Assembly (NCBI GenBank): GCA_037201645.1
Contig: JBBCHF010000019.1
Coordinates: 4,312 to 68,311, forward strand
From: Caulobacteraceae bacterium
GTDB taxonomy: Bacteria; Pseudomonadota; Alphaproteobacteria; Caulobacterales; Caulobacteraceae
DNA: 64,000 bases
Direction of reading: 5' to 3'
The position numbers and the translations under genes were made by a program. Each line of letters opens with the position of its first letter. Position 1 is the first letter of the stretch. The notes under the pieces are model-generated. The model had not been told where the DNA came from. It did not search any database and saw only the letters and a program-made list of their open reading frames with translations. Of this stretch, positions 31,882-41,746 are shown piece after piece.

Positions 31882-33318
31882 GTGGGGACCGGGGCCATGA
31901 CTGAAACGCAACTTCCAGGCGCGCCGCGAACACAAGCGGGCGCCGTGTGGGGAAAGGCTTGCGCCACGCTGCGCTGCGAGCTGGGCGAGGCGACCTTCGG
32001 GTCCTGGGTGGCCCAGGCCTTCGTGATGGAGGAGCCCAACGGCTCGCCGGTGCTGGTGACGCCGACCGGCGTGGCCGCCGACTGGATCCGCCGCAACGCC
32101 TGGCGGCGCGTGCAGGAGCTGTGGGGCGAGCACGACCCGCACGGCCGCCGCCTGGCCCTGCGCTCGCGGGCCGAGCAGGAAGCCGCGGGCGTCGGCTGCG
32201 AGGCCAGCTTCGCGCCCGTCGCGGCGCCTGAGCCGATCGCCGAGCCGGAGCCGGCTAAGCTCGCCCGGGCCCCGCGCCCGACGGGCCTGCAGGAGCGCTT
32301 CACCTTCGACACCTTCGTGTCGGGCCCGACCAACGAATTCGCCCACGCCGTGGCCCGGCGCGTGGCCTCGTGGGACGACGGCCACTTCAACCCGGTGCTG
32401 TTCCACGCCCCCTACGGCTTCGGCAAGACCCACCTGCTGAACGCCCTGGCCTGGGAGGCCGCGGCGGCGCGGCCGGACAAGCGGGTGATCTACCTGACCG
32501 CCGAGCGGTTCCTGTCGAGCTTCGTCAAGGCCGTGATGGAACGCACCACCCAGGCCTTCAAGGAGGAGCTGCGCGCGGCCGACCTGCTCCTGATCGACGA
32601 CGCCCACTTCGTGGCGGGCAAGGCGTCGACCCAGGAGGAGCTGTTCCAGACCCTGACCGCCCTGGTCGGCGACGGCCGGCGCGTGGTGCTGTCCTCGGAC
32701 CGCCCGCCCTCGGCCCTGACCGAGATGGACGCGCGCCTGCGCTCGCACCTGGCCGCGGGCCTGGTCTGCGGCATCGAGCCGGCGGACCGGCCGATGCGGC
32801 TGGCCATCCTGGAGAAGAAGCTGGCCGTGCTCTGCCGCCAGCAGAAGCTGAGGCCGATCCCGGCGCGGCCCGAGGTGCTGGAGTTCCTGGCCGACCGCTT
32901 CGCCGACTCCGTGCGCGAGCTGGAAGGCGCCCTGAACACCCTGGTCGCCCGCACCGGCGAGGGCCTGGCCCAGCTCGGCCTGGAAGAGGCCCAGGCGATG
33001 CTGCGCCCGCACCTGCGCGCCGGCGACAAGCGGATCACCGTCGACGACATCCAGAAGGCGGCGGCCGAGCATTTCGGCCTGAAGCAGGCGGACCTTTTGT
33101 CGGAGCGGCGCAATCGCGCGGTGGCCCGGCCGCGGCAGGCGGCGATGTGGCTGTGCAAGCAGCTCACCACCCGCTCCCTGCCCGACATCGGCCGCCGCTT
33201 CGGCGGGCGCGACCACACCACGGTGCTGCACGCCGTGCGCCGGATCGAGGAGCTGAAGGCCGGCGATCCGGTCCTGGCGGCCGACATCGAGACCCTGCTG
33301 CGCAAGCTGCGCGGCTGA
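31882..33318 (+). CDS. dnaA: Chromosomal replication initiator protein DnaA (intact; alternative start 31897)
   Basis: 'FTFDTFVSGPTNEFAHAVARRVAS...NPVLFHAPYGFGKTHLLNALAWE...LLLIDDAHFVAGKASTQEELFQTL...VVLSSDRPP...VRELEGALNTLVA...RPRQAAMWLCKQLTTRSLPDIGRRFGGRDHTTVLHAVRRIEEL'. Confidence 0.95.
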   Translation: MGTGAMTETQLPGAPRTQAGAVWGKACATLRCELGEATFGSWVAQAFVMEEPNGSPVLVTPTGVAADWIRRNAWRRVQELWGEHDPHGRRLALRSRAEQEAAGVGCEASFAPVAAPEPIAEPEPAKLARAPRPTGLQERFTFDTFVSGPTNEFAHAVARRVASWDDGHFNPVLFHAPYGFGKTHLLNALAWEAAAARPDKRVIYLTAERFLSSFVKAVMERTTQAFKEELRAADLLLIDDAHFVAGKASTQEELFQTLTALVGDGRRVVLSSDRPPSALTEMDARLRSHLAAGLVCGIEPADRPMRLAILEKKLAVLCRQQKLRPIPARPEVLEFLADRFADSVRELEGALNTLVARTGEGLAQLGLEEAQAMLRPHLRAGDKRITVDDIQKAAAEHFGLKQADLLSERRNRAVARPRQAAMWLCKQLTTRSLPDIGRRFGGRDHTTVLHAVRRIEELKAGDPVLAADIETLLRKLRG

Positions 33319-33333
33319 TCGGTTCGTTCGCTG

Positions 33334-33444
33334 CGTCACCCTCGGCCTTGTGCCGAGGGTCCCTGCCTCCGCACCCCCGCACTCCGATCTCCTGGCGCAA
33401 TGCCGCTGGCGAGAGGGACTCTCGGCACAAGGCCGAGGGTGACG
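33334..33444. repeat. MITE/REP-like element: 31-bp inverted repeat (1 mismatch) around a ~49-bp spacer
   Basis: The left arm 'cgtcaccctcggccttgtgccgagggtccct' (33334-33364) and the right arm 'agggactctcggcacaaggccgagggtgacg' (33414-33444) are inverted. Each arm also contains its own hairpin, 'ctcggc-cttgt-gccgag'. Confidence 0.65.
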
Positions 33445-33481
33445 GCGTGGATATGCGTGGGCGGCGGATTGGGCCTGAGCC

Positions 33482-33664
33482 CTACACGCCCTCGCCGGGC
33501 TCGATGCGCCGGACGCGGCGGTCGCCGAGCCACACCTCCAGCGGATGGTCGCGCACCAGCATCCGGGCCTGGGCCACGGCGTGGTCGTCATCCTCGCAAT
33601 CCATCTCGATGCGCTCTCGCACGGCCCCTGCGCCGTCGAGGAAATGTACGCGATAAACTGGCAC
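33482..33664 (-). CDS. Small hypothetical protein (60 aa)
   Basis: 'MPVYRVHFLDGAGAVRERIEMDCEDDDHAVAQARMLVRDHPLEVWLGDRRVRRIEPGEGV'. Codon usage is GC3-rich like the neighbours, and the ORF faces the AT-rich gap. No function is recognisable. Confidence 0.4.
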   Translation of the reverse strand: MPVYRVHFLDGAGAVRERIEMDCEDDDHAVAQARMLVRDHPLEVWLGDRRVRRIEPGEGV

Positions 33665-33954
33665 CCGGACGCCCCTTCCAGACCTGCGAGTCCTTCATGG
33701 CACAGCGGTGCTTACTTGTTGAGTCTCTATATATGGAATGTCGACTTCCTGACACTAAAGTCTAGTTACTAGTGTTTCATTCTGAATTCCTGAACAACCC
33801 TGGCGATCGCTCGCGGCGCGCGGCGACGCCGCCGGCGTGACCGCCGCCCCTTCCCCCGCCCCGGATTTGGGCTAATCTCTGCGCCCCTTCGCTCGCCGCG
33901 CGCGCGGAGGGGGCTGAGTCGGGGCGGTGCTTTTCTCAAGGAACGGACGACGAG

Positions 33955-35074
33955 ATGAGGTTGACCATCGAGCGCGCGGCGCTCCTGAAGGCGCTCGGCC
34001 ACGTGCAGAGCGTGGTGGAGCGGCGCAACACCATCCCCATCCTGTCCAATGTGCTCCTGGCCGCAGACCGGGGCGGCCTGGCCTTCTCGGCCACCGACCT
34101 CGACATGGAGATCCTCGACCAGGCCATGGCCGAGGTGGAGGGCTCGGGCCAGATCACCGCGCCGGCCCACACTCTGTACGAAATCGTGCGCAAGCTGCCC
34201 GAGGGGGCGGACGTGGAGCTGCGCTACACCGGCGAGGACCCGCGCCTGCAGGTCTCGGCCGGCCGCTCCAAGTTCAACCTGCCGGTGCTGCCGGCCGGCG
34301 ACTTCCCGGTGATGTCGCAGGACGGCCTGTCCTCGCGGATCACGGTGGACACCGGCGAGCTGATCCGCCTGATCGACAAGACCCGCTTCGCCATCTCCAC
34401 CGAGGAGACGCGCTACTACCTGAACGGCCTCTACCTGCACACGGTGGTGGAGGGCGGCTCGCCCAAGCTGCGCGCCGTCGCCACCGACGGCCACCGCCTG
34501 GCCCTGGCCGAGATGCCGGCGCCGGAGGGGCGCGGCGGGCCTGCCCGGCGTGATCGTGCCGCGCAAGACCGTGCAGGAGGCGCGCCGGCTGCTGGACGAC
34601 TGCGGCGAGACCGTGGACCTGCAGCTGTCCCAGGCCAAGGTGCGCTTCGAGTTCGGCCAGGCCATCCTGACCTCCAAGGTCATCGACGGCTCCTTCCCCG
34701 ACTATGTGCGGGTGATCCCGCGCGACAACCCGCGCACCGTGCTGGTGGACAACAAGGTGTTCGCCCAGGCGGTGGACCGGGTGGCGACGATCTCGGCCGA
34801 GAAGTCCCGCTCGGTGAAGCTGGCCATCGAGCCCGGCAAGATGGTGCTGACCGTGCGCAACATGGAGGCGGGCCAGGCGGTCGAGGAGCTGGAGATCGAC
34901 TACGACGGCGAGGCCTTCGAGATCGGCTTCAACGCCCGCTACCTGCTGGACGTCACCGACCAGATCCAGGGCGAGAACGCCGAGCTGCGCTTCGCCGACT
35001 CCGCCTCTCCCACCCTGGTCCTCGACCCGTCCGACTCGGGCGTGCAATATGTGCTGATGCCGCTGCGGGTTTAG
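33955..35074 (+). CDS. dnaN: DNA polymerase III beta sliding clamp, one frame disruption (~34530)
   Basis: 'MRLTIERAALLKALGHVQSVVERRNTIPILSNVLLAADRGGLAFSATDLDMEI...FNLPVLPAGDFP...TRFAISTEETRYYLNGLYLH...LRAVATDGHRLAL', then ORF 34550..35074 'IVPRKTVQEARRLL...LTSKVIDGSFPDYVRVIP...IGFNARYLLDV...YVLMPLRV'. Confidence 0.9.
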
Positions 35075-35326
35075 GCGGTCGCCCGCCTTCGGCCTGGCCG
35101 TTGCGATCGTCCCCGTTCCGATCAGCCGGCCGGGGCGCGCCGGTTGCCAAGGCGGACGCGCGCGATCTAAGACGAGGCGGGGGCCGAAAGTCGAACCTAT
35201 GCCTGTGAAGACCCAGAGCGACCCGGCCAAGGCCGCAACCGGCGGGGCGAGCACGTCCCGGCCGCGCCGCCGAAGGCCGCCGCTCCGCCGCCCGGCGCGC
35301 CGACCCTGATCGCCGAGACCGAGCCG

Positions 35327-35779
35327 GTGCACTGGTCGATGGTCTATCTGTTCGCGCGCATCTTCTACGAGGTGCGCCAGCGGACCGAGGACGTGCTCGG
35401 GCCGCACGGCCTGACCTCGATGCAATTCACTATCCTGATTACGCTCAACCGCTGGGCCGGCATGTCGTCGGCGGACCTGTCGCGGCGGTTCAACGTGACG
35501 CCCCAGACCATGGGCGAGATGATCTCCAACCTGGAGCGCCGCGGCTTTCTGGTCCGCACGCCCGACCAGGCCAACCGCCGCGCCCTGCGCCTCAGCCTGA
35601 CCGACGAGGGCCTGCGGATGCTGGACGTCTGCAACGGGGCCATGGACCGGCTGGAGGGCGCCCTGCTTGAGGCCATGCCGGCCGAGGAGGTGCAGGCCCT
35701 GAAGCGCCAGCTGCGCCTGCTGCACAACCACCTCGGCCTCACCGACGACATCAGCGACGGCGCCGGCTCGGCGGAGTAG
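35327..35779 (+). CDS. MarR family transcriptional regulator (true start possibly ATG 35209 with a frame change)
   Basis: 'GLTSMQFTILITLNRWAGMSSADLSRRFNVTPQTMGEMISNLERRGFLVRTPDQANRRALRLSLTDEG' (winged HTH). Confidence 0.85.
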   Translation: MHWSMVYLFARIFYEVRQRTEDVLGPHGLTSMQFTILITLNRWAGMSSADLSRRFNVTPQTMGEMISNLERRGFLVRTPDQANRRALRLSLTDEGLRMLDVCNGAMDRLEGALLEAMPAEEVQALKRQLRLLHNHLGLTDDISDGAGSAE

Positions 35780-35783
35780 GAGC

Positions 35784-37426
35784 CTAGACCCCCTCCTCCG
35801 CGGGCAGGCTCATGCCGCGGATGAGGTCGGAGGCCTTCTCGCCGATCATGATGGCGGAGGCGTTGGTGTTGGCGCCGGGCACGGTCGGCATGATCGAGGC
35901 GTCGGCGACGCGCAGGCCCTCGACCCCGAACACCCGAAGCTGGGGATCGACCACCGCGTCCGGGCCGTGCCCCATGGTGCAGGTGCCGACGGGGTGCTGG
36001 GTCACCGCGCAGATGTTGCGGATGAACTCGTCGAGCTCTGCGTCGGTCTCGACCTTGGCGCCGGGGATGGTCTCCTCGCCGGTCAGCTCGCCCTGCGGGC
36101 CGGAGTGGTAGATCCGCCGCGCCTCGCGGATGCCCCGGCGCATGGTCTCGAACTCGGCGGGGCGAGGCCATCAGGTTCAGGGCGACCTTGGGCGGGTCCA
36201 GCGGGCTGGCCGAGCGCAGGGTCACCTGGCCGCGGCTGTGCGGATGCAGCACCACCACCCCGACCTGGAACACGTGCTCGAGCTGCTTGGTCAGGCCCGG
36301 GAACCACAGCTGGGCGTCCATCCGCACCGGGTTGCACATCAGCTGGATGTCCGGCTGCTCCAGCCCCGGGGCGGTGCGCAGCACCACGTTGCAGCTGTTG
36401 ATCTGGGTCGCGAACGGGCCGTTGCCGAACAGGGCCCACTGCGCCGCCCACAGGGCCGCGCGGTCGTAGCGCAGCTCCTTCAGGAAGGTGACCGGCTGCT
36501 TGGCCTTGAAGCCCATCATGCACACCGGGTGCTCGGACAGGTTCTTGCCGACGCCGGGCAGGTCCACGATCGGGGTGATGCCGTGCTGGACCAGCTCGTC
36601 GGCCGGCCCGATCCCCGACAGCATCAGAAGCTGCGGCGAGTTGTAGGTCCCGCCCGAGAGGATCACCTCGCGGTCGGCGTGGACGCGGTGGGATCTGGCC
36701 GTCCTTGGAGTATTCCACCCCCACGGCCCGGCCGCCCTCGATCAGGACGCGCGATGTCAGGGCGCCGGTCTCCACGTGCAGGTTCGGCCGGTGCATGACC
36801 GGGTGCAGGTAGGCGCGCGAGGTGGAGGCGCGGCGGCCGCGCTGGTCGATGGTCACCTCGCCGCGCGAGAAGCCCTCGGGCACGGCGCCGGAATTGTCGT
36901 CCGACACCGGGTAGCCGAGCTGCCTGGCCGTCTCGACCAGCGGCTCGTGCAGCAGGCGGCGGGTGTCGATCGGGGCGACGTGCAGCGGCCCCTTGTCGCC
37001 GTGGTACTTGTTGGCCCCGCGCCAGCTCGTCTCCATCCGCTTGAAGTAGGGAAGGACGTCGGCGTAGCTCCAGCCCTCGTTCCCCATCTGGCGCCAGGTG
37101 TCGTAGTCGCGCGGATGGCCGCGCATGTAGAACATGCCGTTGATCGAGGACGAGCCGCCGAGCACCCGCCCGCGCGGCAGGCCCAGGCGCCGGTCGTTGA
37201 GGTGAGGCTCGGGCTCGGACAGATAGCCCCAGTTGAACTTCGGGTTCAGCATGGCCCGCAGGAAGCCCAGCGGCATGCGCATGTAGAGGTGGTCGTCCTT
37301 GCCGCCGGCCTCGACCAGCAGGACGCGGACGTCCTTGTCCTCGGTCAGGCGCGCGGCCAGCACGCACCCGGCCGAGCCGGCGCCGATGACGATGTAGTCG
37401 TATGATTTTGCGGTCTGGGAAGCCAT
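35784..37426 (-). CDS. GMC family FAD-dependent oxidoreductase (choline-dehydrogenase-like), frame-disrupted
   Basis: '[35 protein letters not shown]...[26 protein letters not shown]', '[24 protein letters not shown]...[13 protein letters not shown]', and the C-terminus '[59 protein letters not shown]'. Confidence 0.85.
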
Positions 37427-37642
37427 GCGCTCGTCCGGGGTCCTGGGCGGCGCGCAACCTCGACTGAGGCGGCGGCGCTTGCAACCCCTTTTCAGCGCTA
37501 AGGCGGCGACCGCCGGCGCCTTGTTGTTGGGCGCCGGCGCCCAGCGATTGCCCATCCGCGCAACCAGGGAGCCGGCTCTGCCGTTCCGCGTGATCGACGC
37601 TGTTGGGCCGCAGCGGCGCATGGTCCGACTGTCGGTCAACAC

Positions 37643-39065
37643 ATGTCCGCTTACGATGAAATGTGGAGTTGGGGGAACGGGGAGGCCGTGCGGCCCGCCT
37701 ATGAGGCGGTCGAGCGCTGGCTGGCCGAGGCGCCCGGCGAACTCCTGGACGCCCGCCGCAAGCAGGCGGAGCTGCTGTTCCGCCGCATCGGCATCACCTT
37801 CTCGGTCTATGGCGACGCGGACGCGGCCGAGCGGTTGATCCCGTTCGACATCATCCCGCGCGTGCTGACCCAGGGCGAATGGCAGGGGCTGGAGCGGGGC
37901 CTGGTGCAGCGGGTCAACGCCCTCAACGCCTTCCTGGCCGACGTCTACGGCCCGCAGGAATGCATCGCGGCGGGGGTGGTGCCGGCGGACCTGATCCTGC
38001 GCAACCCCTACTACCGGCTGGAGAGCGCCGGCCGGCGGCCGCCGCACGGGGGTCTATGTCCACATCGCGGGCGTCGACATCGTCCGCACCGGGCCCGACC
38101 AGTTCTATGTGCTGGAGGACAACGCCCGCACGCCGTCCGGCGTCTCCTACATGCTGGAGAACCGCGAGGTGATGCTGCGGCTGTTCCCGGAGATGTTCGC
38201 GGGCCAGCGCGTGGCGCCGGTGGAGACCTATACCGACGCCCTCCTGGCCACCCTGCGCTCGGTGGCGCCCCAGCGCAGCGGCGACGACCCGAGCGTGGTC
38301 CTGCTCACCCCCGGCCCCTACAACTCGGCCTTCTACGAGCACTCGTTCCTGGCCGACAAGCTGGGCATCGAGCTGGTCGAGGGCTCGGACCTGTTCGTGC
38401 GCGACGACGGGGTGTTCATGCGCTTCACCGACGGCCCGCGGCGGGTCGACGTGATCTACCGGCGCATCGACGACGACTTCCTCGATCCCCTGGTGTTCCG
38501 GCCGGACTCGATCCTCGGCGTGCCGGGCCTGATGAGCGCCTATGAGGCCGGCCTGGTCACCCTGGCCAACGCGCCGGGCACGGGGGTGGCCGACGACAAG
38601 GCCGTCTACAGCTACATGCCCGAGATCATCCGCTTCTTCACGGGCGAGGAGCCGATCCTGGGCAATGTGCCGACCTGGCGCTGCCGCGAGGCAGGCTCGC
38701 TGGCCTATGTGCTCGAGCACCTGCCCGAGCTGGTGGTCAAGGAGGTCAACGGCTCGGGCGGCTACGGCATGCTGGTGGGGCCGACCTCGTCCAAGGCCGA
38801 GATCGAGGCCTTCCGGGCCAGGCTGACGCGCTCGCCCGAGGGCTTCATCGCCCAGCCGACCCTGGCGCTGTCGACCTGCCCGACCTTCGTGGACCAGGGC
38901 ATCGCGCCCCGGCACGTGGACCTGCGGCCCTTCGTCCTGACCGGCTCCGACCAGGTGCGCATCACCCCCGGCGGCCTGACCCGCGTGGCGCTGAAGGAGG
39001 GCTCGCTGGTGGTGAACTCCAGCCAGGGCGGCGGCACCAAGGACACCTGGGTCCTGGCGGACTGA
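37643..39065 (+). CDS. Circularly permuted ATP-grasp type 2 protein (COG2308-like; Anbu operon gene 1), one frame disruption (~38050)
   Basis: '[20 protein letters not shown]...[12 protein letters not shown]...[21 protein letters not shown]', then ORF 38109..39065 '[21 protein letters not shown]...[35 protein letters not shown]...[15 protein letters not shown]...[20 protein letters not shown]...[17 protein letters not shown]'. Confidence 0.85.
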
Positions 39066-40005
39066 TGCTCTCGCGCACCGCCGACAGCCTGTTCTGGACC
39101 GCCCGCTACCTGGAGCGCGCCGACTTTCTGTCGCGCATCCTGGACTCGGCCCTGCGCCTGTCGACCATGCCGGCGGCCTACGGCGGGGCCAACATCTGGG
39201 AGAGCGTGATCGCCTCGGCCGGCGTGGCTGACCGCTTCTACGCCAAGCACGCGGTCGCCTCGGAACAGACGGTGCGCGATTTCCTGGCCTTCGACCCGGA
39301 GAACCCGTCCTCGATCCGCTCGTGCCTGGCCACCGCCCGCGCCAACGGCCGCGCCATCCGCACCGCCCTGACCACCGAGAGATGTGGGAGCGGATCAACG
39401 ACGCCTGGCACGAGCTGAAGCGGCGCGACCCCAAGCTGATGGACCAGGACGCCTTCATGCAGTTCCTGGAGTGGGTCGAGGACGTCGCCCTGGCGTTCGA
39501 CGGCTCGGCCCGGCGGACCATGCTGCGCAACGACGCCTACTGGTTCCTGCGCCTGGGCGCGGGCATCGAGCGGGCGGACAACACCGCGCGGATCCTCGAC
39601 GTGAAGTACCACCTGCTGCTGCCCGAGCGCGAGCAGGTCGGCGGGGGGCTCGACTACTTCCAGTGGACCACCATCCTGCGCGAGGTCTCGGCCCTGACCG
39701 CCTACCGCTGGGTCTATCGCGACAGCGTCAAGCCGTGGCTCGTGGCCGACCTTCTGATCCTGAACCCGCAGATGCCGCGCTCGCTGGCGAGCTGCTACGC
39801 GGTGATCACCCACCACCTGGACCTGCTGGCCGAGGCCTATGGCCTGCGCGGCCAGAGCCAGAGGCTGGCGCACGCGGTGCAGTCGCGCCTGTCGCCCAGC
39901 AGCATCGACGACATCTTCCAGGCGGGCCTGCACGAGTTCATCACCTGCTTCCTGACGGACAACGGCTCGGTTGGCGCCGCCGTCAGCGAGCAGTACCTGA
40001 TCTGA
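39065..40005 (+). CDS. Alpha-E domain protein (COG2307/DUF403-like; Anbu operon gene 2), one frame disruption (~39380)
   Basis: '[27 protein letters not shown]', then 'MWERINDAWHEL...AYWFLRLGAGIERADNTARILDVKYHLLLP...YFQWTTILREVSALTAYRWVYR'. The ATG overlaps the upstream stop by 1 nt (tgATG at 39063-39067). Confidence 0.85.
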
Positions 40006-40013
40006 ACGCCGCC

Positions 40014-40841
40014 ATGCGCATCACCATCCACCATGTCACCAGCTACGAATACCAGAGCCCGGCCAAGTCGGTGGTGCAGCTGCTGCGCCTGACGCCGCGC
40101 CCGCACGAGGGCCAGCGCGTGGCCCGCTGGCGCATCGACCTGGACGTGGACGCCCGCCTGCACCGCAGCGAGGACGCGTTCGGCAACATCACCCACACCC
40201 TGTTCCTCTCCGGCCCCCTGCCGCGGCTCAGCCTGACCGTCGAGGGCGAGGTGGAGACCTGGGAGACCCACGGCGTGGTGCGCGACGCCATCGAGCGCTT
40301 CGTCCCCGAGGTGTTCCTGCGCCACACCCCCCTGACCCCAGACCGACCCGAAGCTGGAGAGTTTCGTGCGCGACGTCGCCGGCCCGCCCGAGCGCGACGC
40401 CCTCGCGCGGCTCCACGACCTGATGGCGGCGGTCAACCGCGAGGTCGCCTTCGATACCGAGCCGACCCAGACCACCACCACGCGGTCGAGGCCTTCGCCA
40501 TGCGCCGCGGGGTGTGCCAGGACCTGGCGCACATCTTCATCGCCGGCGCCCGCGTCATCGGCGCGCCGGCGCGCTACGTCTCCGGCCACCTCGTGCGCAT
40601 CGACGGGGTGGTGGAGCAGGAGGCGGCGCACGCCTGGGCCGAGGCCTATGTGCCGGACCTCGGCTGGGTGGCGTTCGACCCGGCCAACGGCGTCTGCGCG
40701 ACGCCCGGCTACGTCCGCGTCGCCGTCGGGCTCGACTATCTCTCCGCCGCGCCCGTGCGCGGAAGCCGCATCGGCGGCGGCCAGGAGAGGCTGGACGTGA
40801 AGCTCAAGGTCAGCCATGCCGCCTCGCAGACCCAGGCGTGA
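40014..40841 (+). CDS. Transglutaminase-like cysteine protease family protein (COG1305-like; Anbu operon gene 3), frame-disrupted
   Basis: 'MRITIHHVTSYEYQSPAKSVVQLLRLTPRPHEGQRV..W.IDLD' and the catalytic region 'MRRGVCQDLAHIFIAGARVIGAPARYVSGHL...EAAHAWAEAYVPDLGWVAFDPANG' (Cys-His-Asp). Confidence 0.85.
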   Translation: MRITIHHVTSYEYQSPAKSVVQLLRLTPRPHEGQRVARWRIDLDVDARLHRSEDAFGNITHTLFLSGPLPRLSLTVEGEVETWETHGVVRDAIERFVPEVFLRHTPLTPDRPEAGEFRARRRRPARARRPRAAPRPDGGGQPRGRLRYRADPDHHHAVEAFAMRRGVCQDLAHIFIAGARVIGAPARYVSGHLVRIDGVVEQEAAHAWAEAYVPDLGWVAFDPANGVCATPGYVRVAVGLDYLSAAPVRGSRIGGGQERLDVKLKVSHAASQTQA

Positions 40842-40875
40842 TCGTGGCGGACGCCGGCGTTCGAGGGAGGACCCG

Positions 40876-41661
40876 ATGACCTATTGCGCCGGCATCCTCG
40901 TGGAGGAGGGCCTGGTGATGTTCGCCGACACCCGCACCAACGCCGGGTTCGACGACGTCTCGACCTATCGCAAGCTGCACATCGTCGAGATCCCCGGCGA
41001 GCGGGTCATCGCCATCGCCACCGCCGGCAACCTGTCGATCACCCAGTCGGCGCTGAGCCTGCTGTCGGAGGGTTTGCGCAACCCGGAGACCGACGAGGTC
41101 GAGACCCTGGAGCAGACCCCGACCATGTTCCGGGCGGCTCAGCTCATCGGCCACGCCATCCGCAAGGTGAAGGAGGACGTCGGCTCCGCCCTGGAGCACG
41201 CCCACGTCGACGCCGACGTCTCGCTGCTGGTCGGCGGCCAGATCAAGGGCGGGCCGCTGCGGCTGTTCATGGTCTACGACGCCGGCAACTTCATCGAATG
41301 CGGCCAGGACGCCCCGTTCCTGCAGATCGGCGAGCACAAGTACGGCCGGCCGATCCTGGTGCGGGCGGTCAAGTTCTCCACCGAGCTCTACGACGCCCTG
41401 AAGATCGGGCTGATCTCGCTCGACTCCACGATCAAGTCGAACCTGGCGGTGGGGCCGCCGATCGACCTGATGGTGCTGCGCCGCGACCAGCTCGCCTGCG
41501 AGCTGGTCCACCGCATCGAGCCGGACGAGCCCTATTTCCACGACCTGTCCGAGCGGTGGTCCGAGGCCCTGCGCCTGGCCCATGTCGCCATTCCGCGCCC
41601 GCCCTACGCCCCGCCGCCGCTTCTTGAGGCCACGACGGGTCCGAGGCGCCTGCGCAGCTGA
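40876..41661 (+). CDS. Anbu-type proteasome beta-subunit homolog (peptidase T1-like, COG3484-like)
   Basis: Intact ORF starting 'MTYCAGILVEEGLVMFADTRTNAGFDDVSTYRKLH' with Thr directly after the initiator Met. 'IATAGNLS' and 'GGQIKGGPLRLFMVYDAGNF' are typical Ntn-hydrolase beta-subunit blocks. Confidence 0.8.
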   Translation: MTYCAGILVEEGLVMFADTRTNAGFDDVSTYRKLHIVEIPGERVIAIATAGNLSITQSALSLLSEGLRNPETDEVETLEQTPTMFRAAQLIGHAIRKVKEDVGSALEHAHVDADVSLLVGGQIKGGPLRLFMVYDAGNFIECGQDAPFLQIGEHKYGRPILVRAVKFSTELYDALKIGLISLDSTIKSNLAVGPPIDLMVLRRDQLACELVHRIEPDEPYFHDLSERWSEALRLAHVAIPRPPYAPPPLLEATTGPRRLRS

Positions 41662-41746
41662 CCAGCCGGCCGCCGCGCGTGAAATTTCGCTTGCGGATCG
41701 CCTCGACTGGCTTTGTCATCCGGCCCGGGGAGGCGCGGTGACGGTG

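Noticed and set aside
33446-33454. A DnaA-box-like 9-mer ('atatccacg' on the minus strand), raising the possibility of an oriC between dnaA and dnaN.
   Set aside because: It matches TTATCCACA at only 7 of 9 positions and is a single copy. I found no cluster of boxes and no CtrA (TTAA-N7-TTAA) sites. That is not enough to call an origin.
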